A stretch of DNA of 64,000 nucleotides from an uncultured Bacteroides sp. (GTDB taxonomy: Bacteria > Bacteroidota > Bacteroidia > Chitinophagales > Chitinophagaceae). A program made the position numbers and the translations under genes. Location of the stretch: positions 33 through 64,032 of the forward strand of contig CABHOP010000078.1 in assembly GCA_902168085.1 (NCBI GenBank), in the 5' to 3' direction. Under the pieces are notes generated by a model that saw only the letters and a program-made list of their open reading frames with translations, ran no database searches and had not been told where the DNA came from. Of the stretch, positions 46,908 through 58,550 are shown one piece after another (positions within the stretch are counted from its first letter, which is position 1; every line of letters begins with the position of its first letter).

Positions 46908-49900
46908 TTGCGAAACACAGCCCTGACGCTGATAGGGCTGGTGATACTGCTGGTGGTGCTTATCAACTTCACCCCGGTGCAGAATCTTATTGCCCGAAAG
47001 GCAGCCTCTATACTGGCCGAAAAACTGCAAACCACCGTTAGCCTCAAATACGTGCGAATAGACTTTGCCAACCACGTGGTGATAGAGGGCCTATATATTC
47101 AGGATAAAGCAAAAGACACCCTTTTATATGCCGGTGAAGCAAGGGTACGCATTACGGATTGGTTCTTTGTGCGGAAAGATGTGCCGGTTCTAAAGTTTGT
47201 AGGGCTTAAAAATACTTATGCCCACCTGTACCGCACACGCACATCAGACCAATGGAATTACCAGTTTGTGATAGATGCCTTTGATACCGGGCCATCGCAG
47301 CCGAAGAAGAAAAAGCAAGGCGGCAATTTTGAAATGGACCTGGAAAAAGTGAGGCTGGAAAATGTGCGCTTTCATATGGACGATGCATGGGTAGGCAGTG
47401 ACATGGACTTTGACGTGGGCAGCCTGCTGGTAGATGCTAATGAGATAGACCTGAATAAGAAACTGATAGATGTAGATAAAATAGACATTGAGAAAGTAGC
47501 CATCCAGTTTAACGACTATGAAGGAGGAAGGCCACCGAAGCCAAAGACGAAAAAGGTCGCGGTGATAGACACCACAGCTTTCAATACCGATAACTGGATT
47601 GTAAAGCTGAAAAGCCTGAAGCTGGATGATTGTTTCTTCGGCCTGGAATCGGGCACAGGGAAACCCCTTGCAGGTGAGTTTGACCCCGAACACATGGCTA
47701 TCAGTGGCATAAATATAGATGCCCGCAACCTGACCATTACCAAAGACACCCTGCGTGCCGAACTGCGCAACCTGGCTGCTGTAGAAAGATGTGGTATCGT
47801 CATCAAGAAAGCAAAAGCAGATGTAACGGTATCGCCTAATGCATCTATCTGCAAAAACCTTTTCCTGCAAACGGCTAATAGCACGCTGAAAAGCTACTAT
47901 GCCATGCACTATACCCGCTTTCCCGATTTTAATGACTACATAAATAAAGTAGTGATGGTGGCCGAGCTGGATAATGCTACCATCCATTCAAAAGATGTAG
48001 CTTTTTTCGCCCCTGTATTGCGTCAATACCCTACTATACTGAAAGCATCGGGGAAAGCGAAGGGCACCGTGGCTAATATTGCAGCACAGAAGCTGAATAT
48101 AACAGACGGTACATCGGTAATAAAAGGCAATCTGAAAATGAAAGGCCTGCCGGATATTGAGAAGACCTATATAGAATATAATGAAGGTGAGCTGGCAACT
48201 ACCGGCCAAGGTATACTGAAATATGCCCCCAACCTGAAGAATAATCCCAATATAGCGATAGAAAAGCTGACGCATATCTACTTCAAAGGGAACTTCATTG
48301 GCTATATCAACAACTTTGCTACCAACAGCATACTGGTTACCAACCTTGGCTCTATAAAGTCGGATATAAAAATGCAATTGCCTGCCGGCAAAAATGCAGC
48401 CCCCGGTTACGCAGGTACCGTAACCACAGATAATTTTCAATTGGGCACGCTGCTGCGCCAACCCCAACTGGGCAGCCTGACCATCAACGGTAAAGTAAGC
48501 GGTAAAGGTTTCGACCCGTTAGAAGCCAACATCACCCTGGATGCAACGGTAAAGCAGATAGAATTTAACGGCTATAAATACCAGAACATCACCATGGATG
48601 GTGAGATACAGCACAAGGTATTTAAAGGCAACCTGCTGGTAGATGACCCTAACCTGGCACTTGCCTTCTACGGGAACATCGACTTCAGCAAAAAGGAACT
48701 GAACATCAATGCGAAGGCCAACCTGCTGAAGAGCAATTTTGCAGTACTGAATTTTACGAAAGATACCATCACGGCTTCTGCCGACTTTGACCTGAACTTT
48801 ATAGGTAGCAGCATTGATGAGTTTGTAGGCGATGCTAAGCTCTATAACATTAACCTGATGCGGAACGGCCACCGCCTGGACCTTGACTCTGTATATGCAC
48901 GGGGCGGGCAGGAAGATGGCCAGGAAGTATTGGAAATAGAAAGCAATGCCCTCGCTGCCAAGATCAAAGGGAATTATCAACTGAGCCAGTTGCATCATTC
49001 TGTGCAGTATTATGTTGCAGGGTATTTGCCCGGCTACATTAAAGCCCCCACTAAAGTGCCCCCCGCACAAGACCTGACCTTTAGCGTTGTAACACGAGAA
49101 GTGGACAGCCTGCTGGCTGTAGTTGTACCCGACATACGCGGCTTCAGCAATGCCACCATTTCGGGCAGCCTCAATACCGACCGCCAGCAATTGACTCTGG
49201 ATGCCATGATACCATTTGGCTATTTCAGTGGGATAGCAATGAATAACGTATCGGTAAATGCGAATGGCAATTTTAATAAGCTTTCCATCAACGCGAAAGC
49301 AGCCAATGTAAGCATGGCCGATAGCGCCATGAACGGCGGCATAGATGTAGCCACTACACTGGGCAACAACGAGCTGGATTTTAAAATAGCCACCACATCT
49401 ACCAACACTTACGGCACCGCTACGCTGAATGGTAAAGCCTTGGCGCATGGCGATACGCTTAACTTTACGCTGTTGCCCTCAGAGTTTTTCCTGAACGATG
49501 TGAAATGGGAGATACCTAAAGGGTACGCCACCCTATCAAAAAATTACCTTTTTGTGCGCGACCTGAACCTGGCTTCAGGATTGCAGAGTATTAGTATCTA
49601 TTCAAGGCCGGCAGCAAGCAGCCCTGCACTGGTGGCCGAACTGGCTAATATAGACATTGCTCAACTCAGCAACATTGTGGGATTGGAAGACTACCAAACC
49701 GATGGCCGCATCAATGGCAATGTGCAGGTAAATGATATGTTTGGCAAAATGTTGCTGACCGGCGATATAAAAGCCACAGATGTAAAAATTGGCAATGATA
49801 CACTGGGCAACATCAACCTATCCGGCAGCTACGATGCGGGGAAACAGGTAATAACCCTGAATGACCAAAGCGGTATCTATCGTGGCAATGCATCCGTAAC

Positions 49901-51692
49901 TGCATCGGGCAGTATGTCGTTCGATAGCACGAACAACCAAAGGCTGGTAGGTAACGTACAACTGAACAACACACCTGTATCGTGGGCTACACCACTTGTT
50001 ACAGATATATTGAGCAACCTGGGTGGTACGCTTACCGGCAATATAAAAATAGGCGGCAGTGCAGCGGCGCCTGATGTGGATGGCAGTGTAAAGCTGAATG
50101 ATGTTACCATGCGTGTAGACTTCCTGGGGCCGCAGTATACCATACCTACCGGCACCGTTATTCTTAATAACCGTACTATTGACTTCGGCGACATAGATGT
50201 ATACGATGCTTATAAAAACAAGGCTACCCTTAGCGGAGAAATAACCCACACCCGCTTTGATAATATGCGGCTGAACATCAATATGAGTTCATCCAAATTC
50301 CAGGTAATAGACCTTGACGAAGAAGAGAATGAAGTATTCTACGGGAACCTGATAGCCAGCGTGGGCAGTATGACGGTACGCGGCCCTATTGATGATATTA
50401 CCATACGCATTCAGCGCGCTACGCCGGTTGAAAAATCGCACCTGTACTTGCCGATAGGCTCCGGTTCAGGCATCAGTAGCTATAGTTATGTGACATTTAA
50501 GAGCTATGGTACGGCACAGGTAGCGCCTAAGAAGAGCAAGAATAAAATGTCTATCTCCATACAGGCACTGGCTAACGAACTGGCCGAGATCAGTATGGTG
50601 CTCGACCCATCTACCGGCGATGCCATCAATGCTACCGGTACGGGTACACTACAAATAGATATACCATCGGGCAACGATATACGCATGAGTGGTAAGTATT
50701 TTGTATCGAAAGGCGACTATACATTTACATTAAAACAACTCTATTTCAAACGCACCTTCGAACTGAACGATGGCAGCGAAATAAGCTTTAATGGCCCGAT
50801 AGGGCAAACATCGCTTAATGTAGAAGGCCTTTATAAAACACGCGCAAGACTATATGATCTTTTGAGCAAGAACGAGAAAGCACTCATCGATCAATTAGAG
50901 AGCAGGGACAGGGAATATATTGAAGCCAAAACATTGCAGGACATCAATATCCAACTGTTTATGAAAGGATCGCTATCCAGTCCTTCACTGAGCTTTAAAC
51001 TGGCGCTGGCAAATGGTGCCACTACAGGTAGCATTGCCACTACCAAGCTGCAACGGGTGAACCAAGACGACCGCGAACTGTTCAACCAGGTAGCATCACT
51101 GCTGCTTATCAATACCTTCCTGCCATCGGACGGCAATATAGATGCGGGTGCTACGGCAGGTGCCATCAGTAATGTCAGCCAGATACTATCGGGCACTGCA
51201 TCTTCGCAACTTACCAACCTAATAAGTAAACTGACCGGTGATGAAAACCTGAGCATCGACCTGAAATATAAAACCTACAATTTTTCAGATGCCAATACTG
51301 CAGCTAACCGTAACGAGCTTTCGCTTGGTGTGCGCAAAAACTTATTTAAGGACAGGCTATCGGTAGAAGTAGGTAGTGCGTATGACTGGGGAAGACCAAC
51401 CAGTACCAGCAACGCCAGCAACTTCAACCCTGTAGGTGACTTCCGTATCCAATACCAGTTCAAAGAAGGGGGTAACTTACGCGGTTATGTTTTCCGCACC
51501 AGCAGTTACGATGTATTGATGGACCGCAACATCAACCGTGGTGGTGTGGGCCTTAACTGGCATAAAACATTTAATACGCTGGGCGATTTATTCCGCAGTC
51601 AGGCATACCTGCGCCGCAAAAAGCTGGAAGAAGAGCAACGCTATATCGAGATCGATTCCAACCAAAGACGCACAAGCGGCGTTATAAACTAG
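46908..51692 (+). CDS. tamB: Translocation and assembly module TamB-like protein
   Basis: N-terminal anchor, a long beta-taenoid-like body and a DUF490-like C-terminus (LFKDRLSVEVG...GDF...YQF). Start may be CTG 46887. Confidence 0.85.
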   Translation: MRNTALTLIGLVILLVVLINFTPVQNLIARKAASILAEKLQTTVSLKYVRIDFANHVVIEGLYIQDKAKDTLLYAGEARVRITDWFFVRKDVPVLKFVGLKNTYAHLYRTRTSDQWNYQFVIDAFDTGPSQPKKKKQGGNFEMDLEKVRLENVRFHMDDAWVGSDMDFDVGSLLVDANEIDLNKKLIDVDKIDIEKVAIQFNDYEGGRPPKPKTKKVAVIDTTAFNTDNWIVKLKSLKLDDCFFGLESGTGKPLAGEFDPEHMAISGINIDARNLTITKDTLRAELRNLAAVERCGIVIKKAKADVTVSPNASICKNLFLQTANSTLKSYYAMHYTRFPDFNDYINKVVMVAELDNATIHSKDVAFFAPVLRQYPTILKASGKAKGTVANIAAQKLNITDGTSVIKGNLKMKGLPDIEKTYIEYNEGELATTGQGILKYAPNLKNNPNIAIEKLTHIYFKGNFIGYINNFATNSILVTNLGSIKSDIKMQLPAGKNAAPGYAGTVTTDNFQLGTLLRQPQLGSLTINGKVSGKGFDPLEANITLDATVKQIEFNGYKYQNITMDGEIQHKVFKGNLLVDDPNLALAFYGNIDFSKKELNINAKANLLKSNFAVLNFTKDTITASADFDLNFIGSSIDEFVGDAKLYNINLMRNGHRLDLDSVYARGGQEDGQEVLEIESNALAAKIKGNYQLSQLHHSVQYYVAGYLPGYIKAPTKVPPAQDLTFSVVTREVDSLLAVVVPDIRGFSNATISGSLNTDRQQLTLDAMIPFGYFSGIAMNNVSVNANGNFNKLSINAKAANVSMADSAMNGGIDVATTLGNNELDFKIATTSTNTYGTATLNGKALAHGDTLNFTLLPSEFFLNDVKWEIPKGYATLSKNYLFVRDLNLASGLQSISIYSRPAASSPALVAELANIDIAQLSNIVGLEDYQTDGRINGNVQVNDMFGKMLLTGDIKATDVKIGNDTLGNINLSGSYDAGKQVITLNDQSGIYRGNASVTASGSMSFDSTNNQRLVGNVQLNNTPVSWATPLVTDILSNLGGTLTGNIKIGGSAAAPDVDGSVKLNDVTMRVDFLGPQYTIPTGTVILNNRTIDFGDIDVYDAYKNKATLSGEITHTRFDNMRLNINMSSSKFQVIDLDEEENEVFYGNLIASVGSMTVRGPIDDITIRIQRATPVEKSHLYLPIGSGSGISSYSYVTFKSYGTAQVAPKKSKNKMSISIQALANELAEISMVLDPSTGDAINATGTGTLQIDIPSGNDIRMSGKYFVSKGDYTFTLKQLYFKRTFELNDGSEISFNGPIGQTSLNVEGLYKTRARLYDLLSKNEKALIDQLESRDREYIEAKTLQDINIQLFMKGSLSSPSLSFKLALANGATTGSIATTKLQRVNQDDRELFNQVASLLLINTFLPSDGNIDAGATAGAISNVSQILSGTASSQLTNLISKLTGDENLSIDLKYKTYNFSDANTAANRNELSLGVRKNLFKDRLSVEVGSAYDWGRPTSTSNASNFNPVGDFRIQYQFKEGGNLRGYVFRTSSYDVLMDRNINRGGVGLNWHKTFNTLGDLFRSQAYLRRKKLEEEQRYIEIDSNQRRTSGVIN

Positions 51693-51695
51693 GCT

Positions 51696-52883
51696 TTATT
51701 TACGATTGGCTATTTGCATAAGATAGCCCTCTAGCATTTGGGCTATAGCATCCCAGCCAAAGCGGGCACGCATTACAGCCATACCTTTTTCGCCTACTGT
51801 TTTTCGTTTCTCCTGCGAGTCGAGCAATGCTATCACACTATTGGCAAAGGCTGTAGCTTCTGTTTGCATAATGGCCCCTTCACCACTTGCGATGCCTAAG
51901 CCCTTAAAGCCTACCGAAGAGCAAACCACTGGTACACCCATGGCCATTGCTTCCAGTACTTTGTTTTGTGTGCCTGCACCAAAACGTAGCGGCGCTACCA
52001 CTACGCTGGCCGCATCATACACCGCAGCCAGGTCTTTTACAAAACCCGTCACTTCAATATGGTCGTTTGCCAATTCCTGCACTTTTTTTACGGGCCGCTG
52101 GCCGGCTATTACAAATTTTACCTGCGGGTGCTTCTGCCTTATTAGTGGTAATATCTCTTCGGTAAAGTATCCTACGGCATCTACATTGGGTGCATAGTCC
52201 ATATTGCCGGTAAAAAGCAATGTATGATTGTGCGAATAATCGTGGCTGCCACCTTTAAAAGTATCAAGGTCTACCCCATTAGGCAAAAGGTTGATATTAT
52301 GCAGGTCGTGCTGGGCCACCAGATAATCAAGGTCTTCCTGCGAGCAGACCAATGCCATATCATAAGCCGCCATTACGTGCTCGTATTTCAATACACGGCG
52401 CTGTTCTATGGTTTCAAATATTTTAAGGAAAGGATTTTTCTGGGCTTTCTTCCGGCGCTCCCAATACATAGAAAAAGCATCTGGCATATCCAGTATGCGC
52501 GGTACATTGTGCATACCAGCTAGGTAGGGCGACATGCGCAGGTGCTGCACGTGTATGGCATCAAAAGCATCTGCTGCCAGCACTTCATTAATTTTTTTGC
52601 GCATGGCTGCAGACCTGAAATATAATACCTGTAAGGGTAGCTTACTCCATAATGCAGAAAGGCAGTTGAGTGCAGAACGCCATTTGGGCAGGTATATAAA
52701 ATGTACTTTGGTAAATATCTTCTCAAGCTCTGCTTTGTATTGCAGGTCTTCCTCTGTTTGCGCAAAGGTGAGCAAGTGCAATTCATGCCTGCCTGCCAGG
52801 CGGCGGGCAAGGTTATATATCTTGAGCTTATCGCCACGATAAGGCGGATAAGGCACACGATTGGCTAAAAAGAGAAATTTCAA
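51696..52883 (-). CDS. Glycosyltransferase family 4
   Basis: PYPPYRGDK, FTGNMDYAPN and GTQNKVLEAMAMG. Confidence 0.9.
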   Translation of the reverse strand: MKFLFLANRVPYPPYRGDKLKIYNLARRLAGRHELHLLTFAQTEEDLQYKAELEKIFTKVHFIYLPKWRSALNCLSALWSKLPLQVLYFRSAAMRKKINEVLAADAFDAIHVQHLRMSPYLAGMHNVPRILDMPDAFSMYWERRKKAQKNPFLKIFETIEQRRVLKYEHVMAAYDMALVCSQEDLDYLVAQHDLHNINLLPNGVDLDTFKGGSHDYSHNHTLLFTGNMDYAPNVDAVGYFTEEILPLIRQKHPQVKFVIAGQRPVKKVQELANDHIEVTGFVKDLAAVYDAASVVVAPLRFGAGTQNKVLEAMAMGVPVVCSSVGFKGLGIASGEGAIMQTEATAFANSVIALLDSQEKRKTVGEKGMAVMRARFGWDAIAQMLEGYLMQIANRK

Positions 52884-52910
52884 AACGGCAGTTAACTTTA
52901 AAGCAAGGTA

Positions 52911-54110
52911 CTATTTAAGTATTTCGTGTCCCAGTTTATCGCGCTTGGTTTGCAGGTAAAACTCGTTGTGTTTGTTAGGCACTATTTCTATCGGCACATT
53001 GTCTACTATTTCCAATCCATAGCCCAGCAAGCCGGCACGTTTGCGCGGGTTATTGGTCATCAGGCGTATTTTAGAAATACCTAAATGACGCAGTATCTGT
53101 GCACCCACACCATAATCGCGCTGGTCGTTCTTAAAGCCCAGGGCCAGGTTAGCATCCACCGTATCTACACCTTCCTCCTGTAGTTTATAAGCTTTCAGCT
53201 TGTTCAGCAACCCTATGCCGCGGCCTTCCTGGTTCATATACAGTACCACACCTTTACCTTCTTCTTCTACCATTTCCATGGCTTTTTGTAGTTGTTCACC
53301 ACAGTCGCAGCGCAGGGAATGCAGTATATCGCCCGTAAAGCAAGAGCTATGCACGCGTACCAGTACGGGCTCATCTTTATCCCAGGTACCTTTTCTAAGT
53401 GCCAGGTGTTGCTCACCGGTGTTTTTCTGCCTGAAGGCTACCAGTTCAAAGTCGCCATGCTTAGTAGGCATCTGCACACGTACTTCTTCCTCTACCAGGC
53501 TTTCGGTACGCAGTCTGTATGCTATCAGGTCTTTTATCGAGATTATTTTCAGGTCGAACTTCTTAGCGATTTCCATCAGCTCCGGCAGGCGGGCCATGGT
53601 GCCATCATCGTTCATTATTTCTACCAGCACACCTGCAGGCTCAAACCCGGCAAGGCGTGCCAGGTCTACCGTAGCCTCTGTGTGGCCCGAACGGCGCAAC
53701 ACCCCCTCACTACGTGCACGCAGCGGGAAGATATGGCCGGGGCGGCCCAGGTCTTCCGGTTTGGTATTTGGGTCTATCAGCGCTTGTACCGTTTTAGCAC
53801 GGTCGTGTGCCGATATACCCGTGGTGCAACCCTGTCCTATTAAATCTACCGATACCGTAAACGGTGTTTGGTGCAATACGGTATTATCTTCTACCATCAG
53901 GTTCAGCTTCAGCTCGTTGCAGCGCTCCTCTGTAATAGGGGCGCATATCAGGCCACGGCCGTGCTTCGACATGAAGTTGATTATTTCGGGGGTAACATTA
54001 CGTGCAGCAGTTACAAAATCGCCTTCATTCTCGCGGTCTTCATCATCTACCACTATCAGCAATTTGCCGTTCCTCAGGTCCTCCAGCGCAGATTCAATTG
54101 TATCTAACAT
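52911..54110 (-). CDS. ribBA: Bifunctional DHBP synthase/GTP cyclohydrolase II
   Basis: [27 protein letters not shown]...CDCGEQL and QEGRGIGL. Confidence 0.97.
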   Translation of the reverse strand: MLDTIESALEDLRNGKLLIVVDDEDRENEGDFVTAARNVTPEIINFMSKHGRGLICAPITEERCNELKLNLMVEDNTVLHQTPFTVSVDLIGQGCTTGISAHDRAKTVQALIDPNTKPEDLGRPGHIFPLRARSEGVLRRSGHTEATVDLARLAGFEPAGVLVEIMNDDGTMARLPELMEIAKKFDLKIISIKDLIAYRLRTESLVEEEVRVQMPTKHGDFELVAFRQKNTGEQHLALRKGTWDKDEPVLVRVHSSCFTGDILHSLRCDCGEQLQKAMEMVEEEGKGVVLYMNQEGRGIGLLNKLKAYKLQEEGVDTVDANLALGFKNDQRDYGVGAQILRHLGISKIRLMTNNPRKRAGLLGYGLEIVDNVPIEIVPNKHNEFYLQTKRDKLGHEILK

Positions 54111-54276
54111 TATAAATAATTCAAAAGTAAAAATTCAGATAAATCGTCCTTGATTCCTCTAATTACCTACAAATTTACAACCAATTGCATGTAAATACGA
54201 TATACACTTATTGATATTGCCGATGATACACGATGAAACGGTAAATATCCGGTATAAAATGATGTAAATGGTTGAT

Positions 54277-55485
54277 TTAGCGCGATAAAAGAGCTTCTAC
54301 TTTCCGGCTCAATGTAGCGGCGAGTGCAGCCGCATCATACCTATCACGAATAAGCGCCGCGGCCGCATGGCCTATAGCAGTAGCCTGTGTTTTATTGTTT
54401 AAAGCAGCATCTACAGCATCGGCAAATGCCTGTGGCGTATCGGCCAGCAGGTAGTGCGAGCCTGCGACGGCTGCTATACCCTGCATGCCTATAGCAGTAC
54501 TGATAACCAGCTTGCCCGCTGCCATAGCTTCTAATGTCTTTACTCTGATACCACCACCGGATAATAGTGGTACCAGTAATATCTTTTTATCGGCTATAAA
54601 CGCGGCAGCATCGGCCACTTCGCCGGCACAAGTGATGCCATCAGCCTGTACATCAAAATAACGCCGGGGCATATGGCGGCCTGCAAAGTGAAAGGTAAAA
54701 TCAGGTTGTTTCTGTTTTATCAATGGCCATACCTGACCTATAAACCAGTCGATGGCCTGCTGGTTGGGCAGCCAGTCCATAGCACCTATATGATAGCCGG
54801 TCCAATCTGCATCCGGCTGTTGCTTTATCTTGTCTATAGCTATACCAAAAGGAATGGTGAGTACTTGCTGAACATAGGCATGTTGCTTTACCACCGCAGC
54901 ATCTACTTCCGTTATGGGTAGCAGCAGGTCATATTGTTTCCATACTTTCTCCTCATAACGCTGCATCCTTTGCGATAGTGTTTGCAGGTACCGACGCTTT
55001 AATGGATTGCCCGTTTGCGCAGCCAGCCGTTGCCATATCTGCCATTCTATATTGTGCAGGCGCAGTATAACCTTAGCATTAGAATGTTGCTTAATTAATG
55101 GCAGATATGAAGAAAGAAATACACTTTCCACCTGCACTGCATCGGGCTGAAATTGCTTTAATACAGTTTCCAGTTTATCGGCAAATGCCTGCTTGTAAAA
55201 ACGCGCTGCATGTTCCGGTTCTTTGCTAAACAACAGGTTCTTTACAGCTCCCGCAATCGTGATGCTGTTATCTACATCCACCGTTTCAAATGCACACAAA
55301 TCTGTATAAATGGTGCTCAACACTCTGTCTTCCACCCTATGCCTGCTGGTGTTCATCGACAGCAGGTACACTTCCCAACCCTGCTGCTTGTAGCCTTGTA
55401 TCATAGCATGCATGGCAAGGTTGCCACCATCATTCAAGGGGTATGGCACACGGTTGGTGATTATCAGTATTCGCTTGCGGTGCAT
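54277..55485 (-). CDS. Glycosyltransferase family 4
   Basis: PYPLNDGG, GAMDWLPN and GIRVKTLEAMAAG. Confidence 0.9.
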   Translation of the reverse strand: MHRKRILIITNRVPYPLNDGGNLAMHAMIQGYKQQGWEVYLLSMNTSRHRVEDRVLSTIYTDLCAFETVDVDNSITIAGAVKNLLFSKEPEHAARFYKQAFADKLETVLKQFQPDAVQVESVFLSSYLPLIKQHSNAKVILRLHNIEWQIWQRLAAQTGNPLKRRYLQTLSQRMQRYEEKVWKQYDLLLPITEVDAAVVKQHAYVQQVLTIPFGIAIDKIKQQPDADWTGYHIGAMDWLPNQQAIDWFIGQVWPLIKQKQPDFTFHFAGRHMPRRYFDVQADGITCAGEVADAAAFIADKKILLVPLLSGGGIRVKTLEAMAAGKLVISTAIGMQGIAAVAGSHYLLADTPQAFADAVDAALNNKTQATAIGHAAAALIRDRYDAAALAATLSRKVEALLSR

Positions 55486-55594
55486 ATATAGCTATGAAAT
55501 AAACGCCGCCCTGCTGCGTTTTATTTCTACGGTTGCAAAGAAACCATATTTCGTCCATAACACATAAAAGCTGTATTTTGGCAACCGCAAGTCA

Positions 55595-56695
55595 ATGAAA
55601 AGAGCCACCCGCATAGTTTTCACCGTTACTAACGATCTGAATTATGACCAGCGTATGATACGTATCTGTACCACGCTGGCAGATGCCGGGTATGATATCA
55701 CTATCGTTGGCTTCAGGAAAAAAGACAGTAAGCCGCTGGCACAGCGCCCTTATAAACAGGTAAGGCTGCCCATCATTGCCGAAAAAGGTAAACTGCTGTA
55801 TGTGGACTTCTGGACTAAGCTCTTTTTCTTTCTCCTTTTCAGGCCGGCAGACATTATGTGCTGTATAGACCTTGACACCATACTGCCGGTTTATTTTGCA
55901 TCGGCCATCCGCAGGAAGAAACGGGTGCATGATGCGCATGAACTATTTGTAGAGCTGAAGGAAGTCATATCCCGTCCTTCCATTTCCCGTATGTGGAATG
56001 CGATAGCCAACTTTGCCGTACCACGTTTTCCGCATGGGTACACGGTGGGTGCGGGCATTGTAACAGAGCTAAAAAAGCGCTATGGTGTAGACTATGCCCT
56101 GGTGCGAAATATTACGGTACTGAAACCCTTAGCTATTCCTGAAAAGAAAGAGAAGTATATCCTGTACCAGGGTGCCGTAAACGTAGGCCGCCGGTTTGAG
56201 CAGGTAATACCTGCTATGCAGTATGTAGATGCACCACTCATTATTTGCGGTGCAGGCAATTTTTATGATGAGGCCATCACCATCATGAAGGAACATAAGC
56301 TGGAACATAAGATTACCTTTAAAGGCTATGTGCCACCCGAAGAACTAAAACAATATACCATCAATGCATGGGTAGGTATTACCCTGTTTGAAGACACCAG
56401 CCTTAGCAATCGCCTGTCTCTGGCCAACCGTTTTTTCGATTATATGCACAATGGCGTGCCGCAGATATGCAACCGGTACGAAGAGTATGAATATGTGAAC
56501 AACGAATTTGAAATAGCTACCCTCATTGCCGACCCAACGCCTGAAAACATTGCAGCGGCGTTGAATAGGCTGCTGCACGATGAGCCATATCATCACCAAC
56601 TGCAACAAAACTGCCTGCCTGCACGGGAAAAATATTGCTGGCAGCACGAAGCGAAAACATTACTCGACTTTTACGATAACCTTGCCAAAGCATAA
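55595..56695 (+). CDS. Glycosyltransferase family 4
   Basis: VTNDLNYDQRM, LYQGAVNVGR and SLANRFFDY. Confidence 0.88.
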   Translation: MKRATRIVFTVTNDLNYDQRMIRICTTLADAGYDITIVGFRKKDSKPLAQRPYKQVRLPIIAEKGKLLYVDFWTKLFFFLLFRPADIMCCIDLDTILPVYFASAIRRKKRVHDAHELFVELKEVISRPSISRMWNAIANFAVPRFPHGYTVGAGIVTELKKRYGVDYALVRNITVLKPLAIPEKKEKYILYQGAVNVGRRFEQVIPAMQYVDAPLIICGAGNFYDEAITIMKEHKLEHKITFKGYVPPEELKQYTINAWVGITLFEDTSLSNRLSLANRFFDYMHNGVPQICNRYEEYEYVNNEFEIATLIADPTPENIAAALNRLLHDEPYHHQLQQNCLPAREKYCWQHEAKTLLDFYDNLAKA

Positions 56696-57809
56696 GCTAC
56701 ATATCATATCGTTTGATGTACCTTATCCGCCTACTTACGGCGGTGTGATAGATGTATTTTATAAACTGAAGCACCTGTACGAAGCAGGTGCAGAGATATA
56801 CCTGCATTGTTTTGAATATGGCCGTGCCCATAGCGAACAGTTGCAGCCATATTGTAAAGAAGTGTGGTACTATCCCCGTAAAACAGGCTTAGCCGGCATT
56901 TCGTTCAGCAAGCCATATATAGTCAACTCACGCCGCAGTGATTTATTATTGCAGCGCCTCATAGCAATAGATGCCCCCATCCTCTTTGAAGGGATACATA
57001 CTACCTATTACATCAACCATCCATCGTTAGCGCAAAGGCAAAAGGCCATCCGCAATCATAATGTGGAATGGGACTATTACAGGCAATTAGGCAATAAAGA
57101 AGACCAATTGTTTAAGAAAATGTTTTTCAGAACAGAGTCAAGGCTACTGAAACGCTATGAAGAACAACTAAATGCCGCTAATGTATTCCTACCGCTGTCC
57201 ATGGCAGATGCTGGCTACTTTGAAAGACTATATCCGAATGCTGTTACGCAATTCATTGCACCGTTTCATCCATATGAAAAGGTGAATAGCAAAACTGGCA
57301 CAGGTACTTATTGCTTATATCACGGCAATCTCTCCCACCCGGAAAACATAGAAGCCGCTTTATTTTTAACACAACAGGTATTTAATACTATAGATACACC
57401 ACTCATCATAGCCGGCAGCAACCCGGATGAGAAGGTAGTGGCTGCCTGCAATGCTATGCATAATTGCCGGTTGGTGGCCAACCCCAATGATGCTACCATG
57501 CGGCAACTAATACAAGATGCGCAAATACATGTGTTGCCTACATTTCAACCCACCGGAATGAAGCTGAAGCTGCTCTATGCATTATTCAATGGTCGCCATG
57601 TACTGGTGAATGATAAAATGCTGAACGGAACAGGACTGGATAGACTTTGTCATATCGCGGTGTCGGCTCAGGACTTTGTAGCAGACATCAGGAAACTGAT
57701 GCATGTCCCGCTAACAGAAAACGACATTACACACCGTAATGCCGCTTTGCTAAAAGATTATGATAACCGGCGCAATGCCGAAAAACTGCTTACATACCTG
57801 CAGGTGTAA
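56682..57809 (+). CDS. Glycosyltransferase (GT4-like)
   Basis: HIISFDVPYPPTYGGVIDVFYK, YHGNL and GMKLKLLYAL. Probable TTG start overlaps the previous stop. Confidence 0.85.
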   Translation: MPKHKLHIISFDVPYPPTYGGVIDVFYKLKHLYEAGAEIYLHCFEYGRAHSEQLQPYCKEVWYYPRKTGLAGISFSKPYIVNSRRSDLLLQRLIAIDAPILFEGIHTTYYINHPSLAQRQKAIRNHNVEWDYYRQLGNKEDQLFKKMFFRTESRLLKRYEEQLNAANVFLPLSMADAGYFERLYPNAVTQFIAPFHPYEKVNSKTGTGTYCLYHGNLSHPENIEAALFLTQQVFNTIDTPLIIAGSNPDEKVVAACNAMHNCRLVANPNDATMRQLIQDAQIHVLPTFQPTGMKLKLLYALFNGRHVLVNDKMLNGTGLDRLCHIAVSAQDFVADIRKLMHVPLTENDITHRNAALLKDYDNRRNAEKLLTYLQV

Positions 57810-58479
57810 TTTCCTTTATCCCCCCCTGCTCTATACGCACCACACGCGCGGGATATTTATGAATGATAGTATAATCGTGCGTAGCCATGATAAATGCGGT
57901 ATGGTTATCGCGGCAAATGTTGAATAAGAGTTGCATGATTTCATCTGTAGTATCCGGATCCAGGTTTCCGGTGGGCTCATCTGCAATAATGAGTTTAGGA
58001 TTGTTCAGCAATGCCCGTGCAATGTCTACCCTTTGCTGCTCCCCACCCGACATTTCATGCGGCATTTTAAAGCCCTTTCCTCTCAGGCCTACTTTATTCA
58101 GTACATTTTCTATCTTCTCTTTCATCAGCACCTTGTCTTTCCAGCCGGTGGCGGTCAGCACAAATTCCAGGTTATCATGCACATTACGGTCTGAAAGCAG
58201 CCTGAAGTCCTGAAACACGATACCCAGGTTACGGCGCAGCAATGGCACCGTTTTCCATGAAAGGTCCTTCAGGTTAAACCCTGCCACATTCCCCTCTCCT
58301 TCTTTCAGGTACAGGTCGCCATACATTGTTTTCAAAAGGCTCGATTTACCACTACCGGTCTTACCTATCATGTATACAAACTCACCTTTATTTACTTCGA
58401 AATTCACATTGCTAAGTATCAGGCTTTTACCCTGGTAAATGTTTGCATTACGTAAATAAACTATCCTGGTATCGCTCAT
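57790..58479 (-). CDS. ftsE: FtsE-like ABC ATP-binding protein
   Basis: GKTGSGKS, GIVFQDFRLL, MSGGEQQRV and ADEPTGNLD; no ftsX adjacent. Confidence 0.72.
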   Translation of the reverse strand: MSDTRIVYLRNANIYQGKSLILSNVNFEVNKGEFVYMIGKTGSGKSSLLKTMYGDLYLKEGEGNVAGFNLKDLSWKTVPLLRRNLGIVFQDFRLLSDRNVHDNLEFVLTATGWKDKVLMKEKIENVLNKVGLRGKGFKMPHEMSGGEQQRVDIARALLNNPKLIIADEPTGNLDPDTTDEIMQLLFNICRDNHTAFIMATHDYTIIHKYPARVVRIEQGGIKEITPAGM

Positions 58480-58550
58480 CTTTATAATAGCCTTTGATAA
58501 CAAAATTAACGGTAAACCACCGCAAAGCACGAATATAAAAAGATAAAAAG

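Noticed and set aside
47244-50249. Several 140-310-aa minus ORFs inside tamB
   Set aside because: Antisense shadows with no domain signal.
53200-54153. 317-aa plus ORF
   Set aside because: Ser-rich antisense shadow of ribBA.
57790-58530. Longer N-terminus for the FtsE-like protein and other upstream-extended starts in the ORF track
   Set aside because: The extensions are non-homologous-looking; downstream ATG/TTG codons with A-rich leaders fit better (58479, 56682, 32924, 28786, 28709, 13153, 61314).
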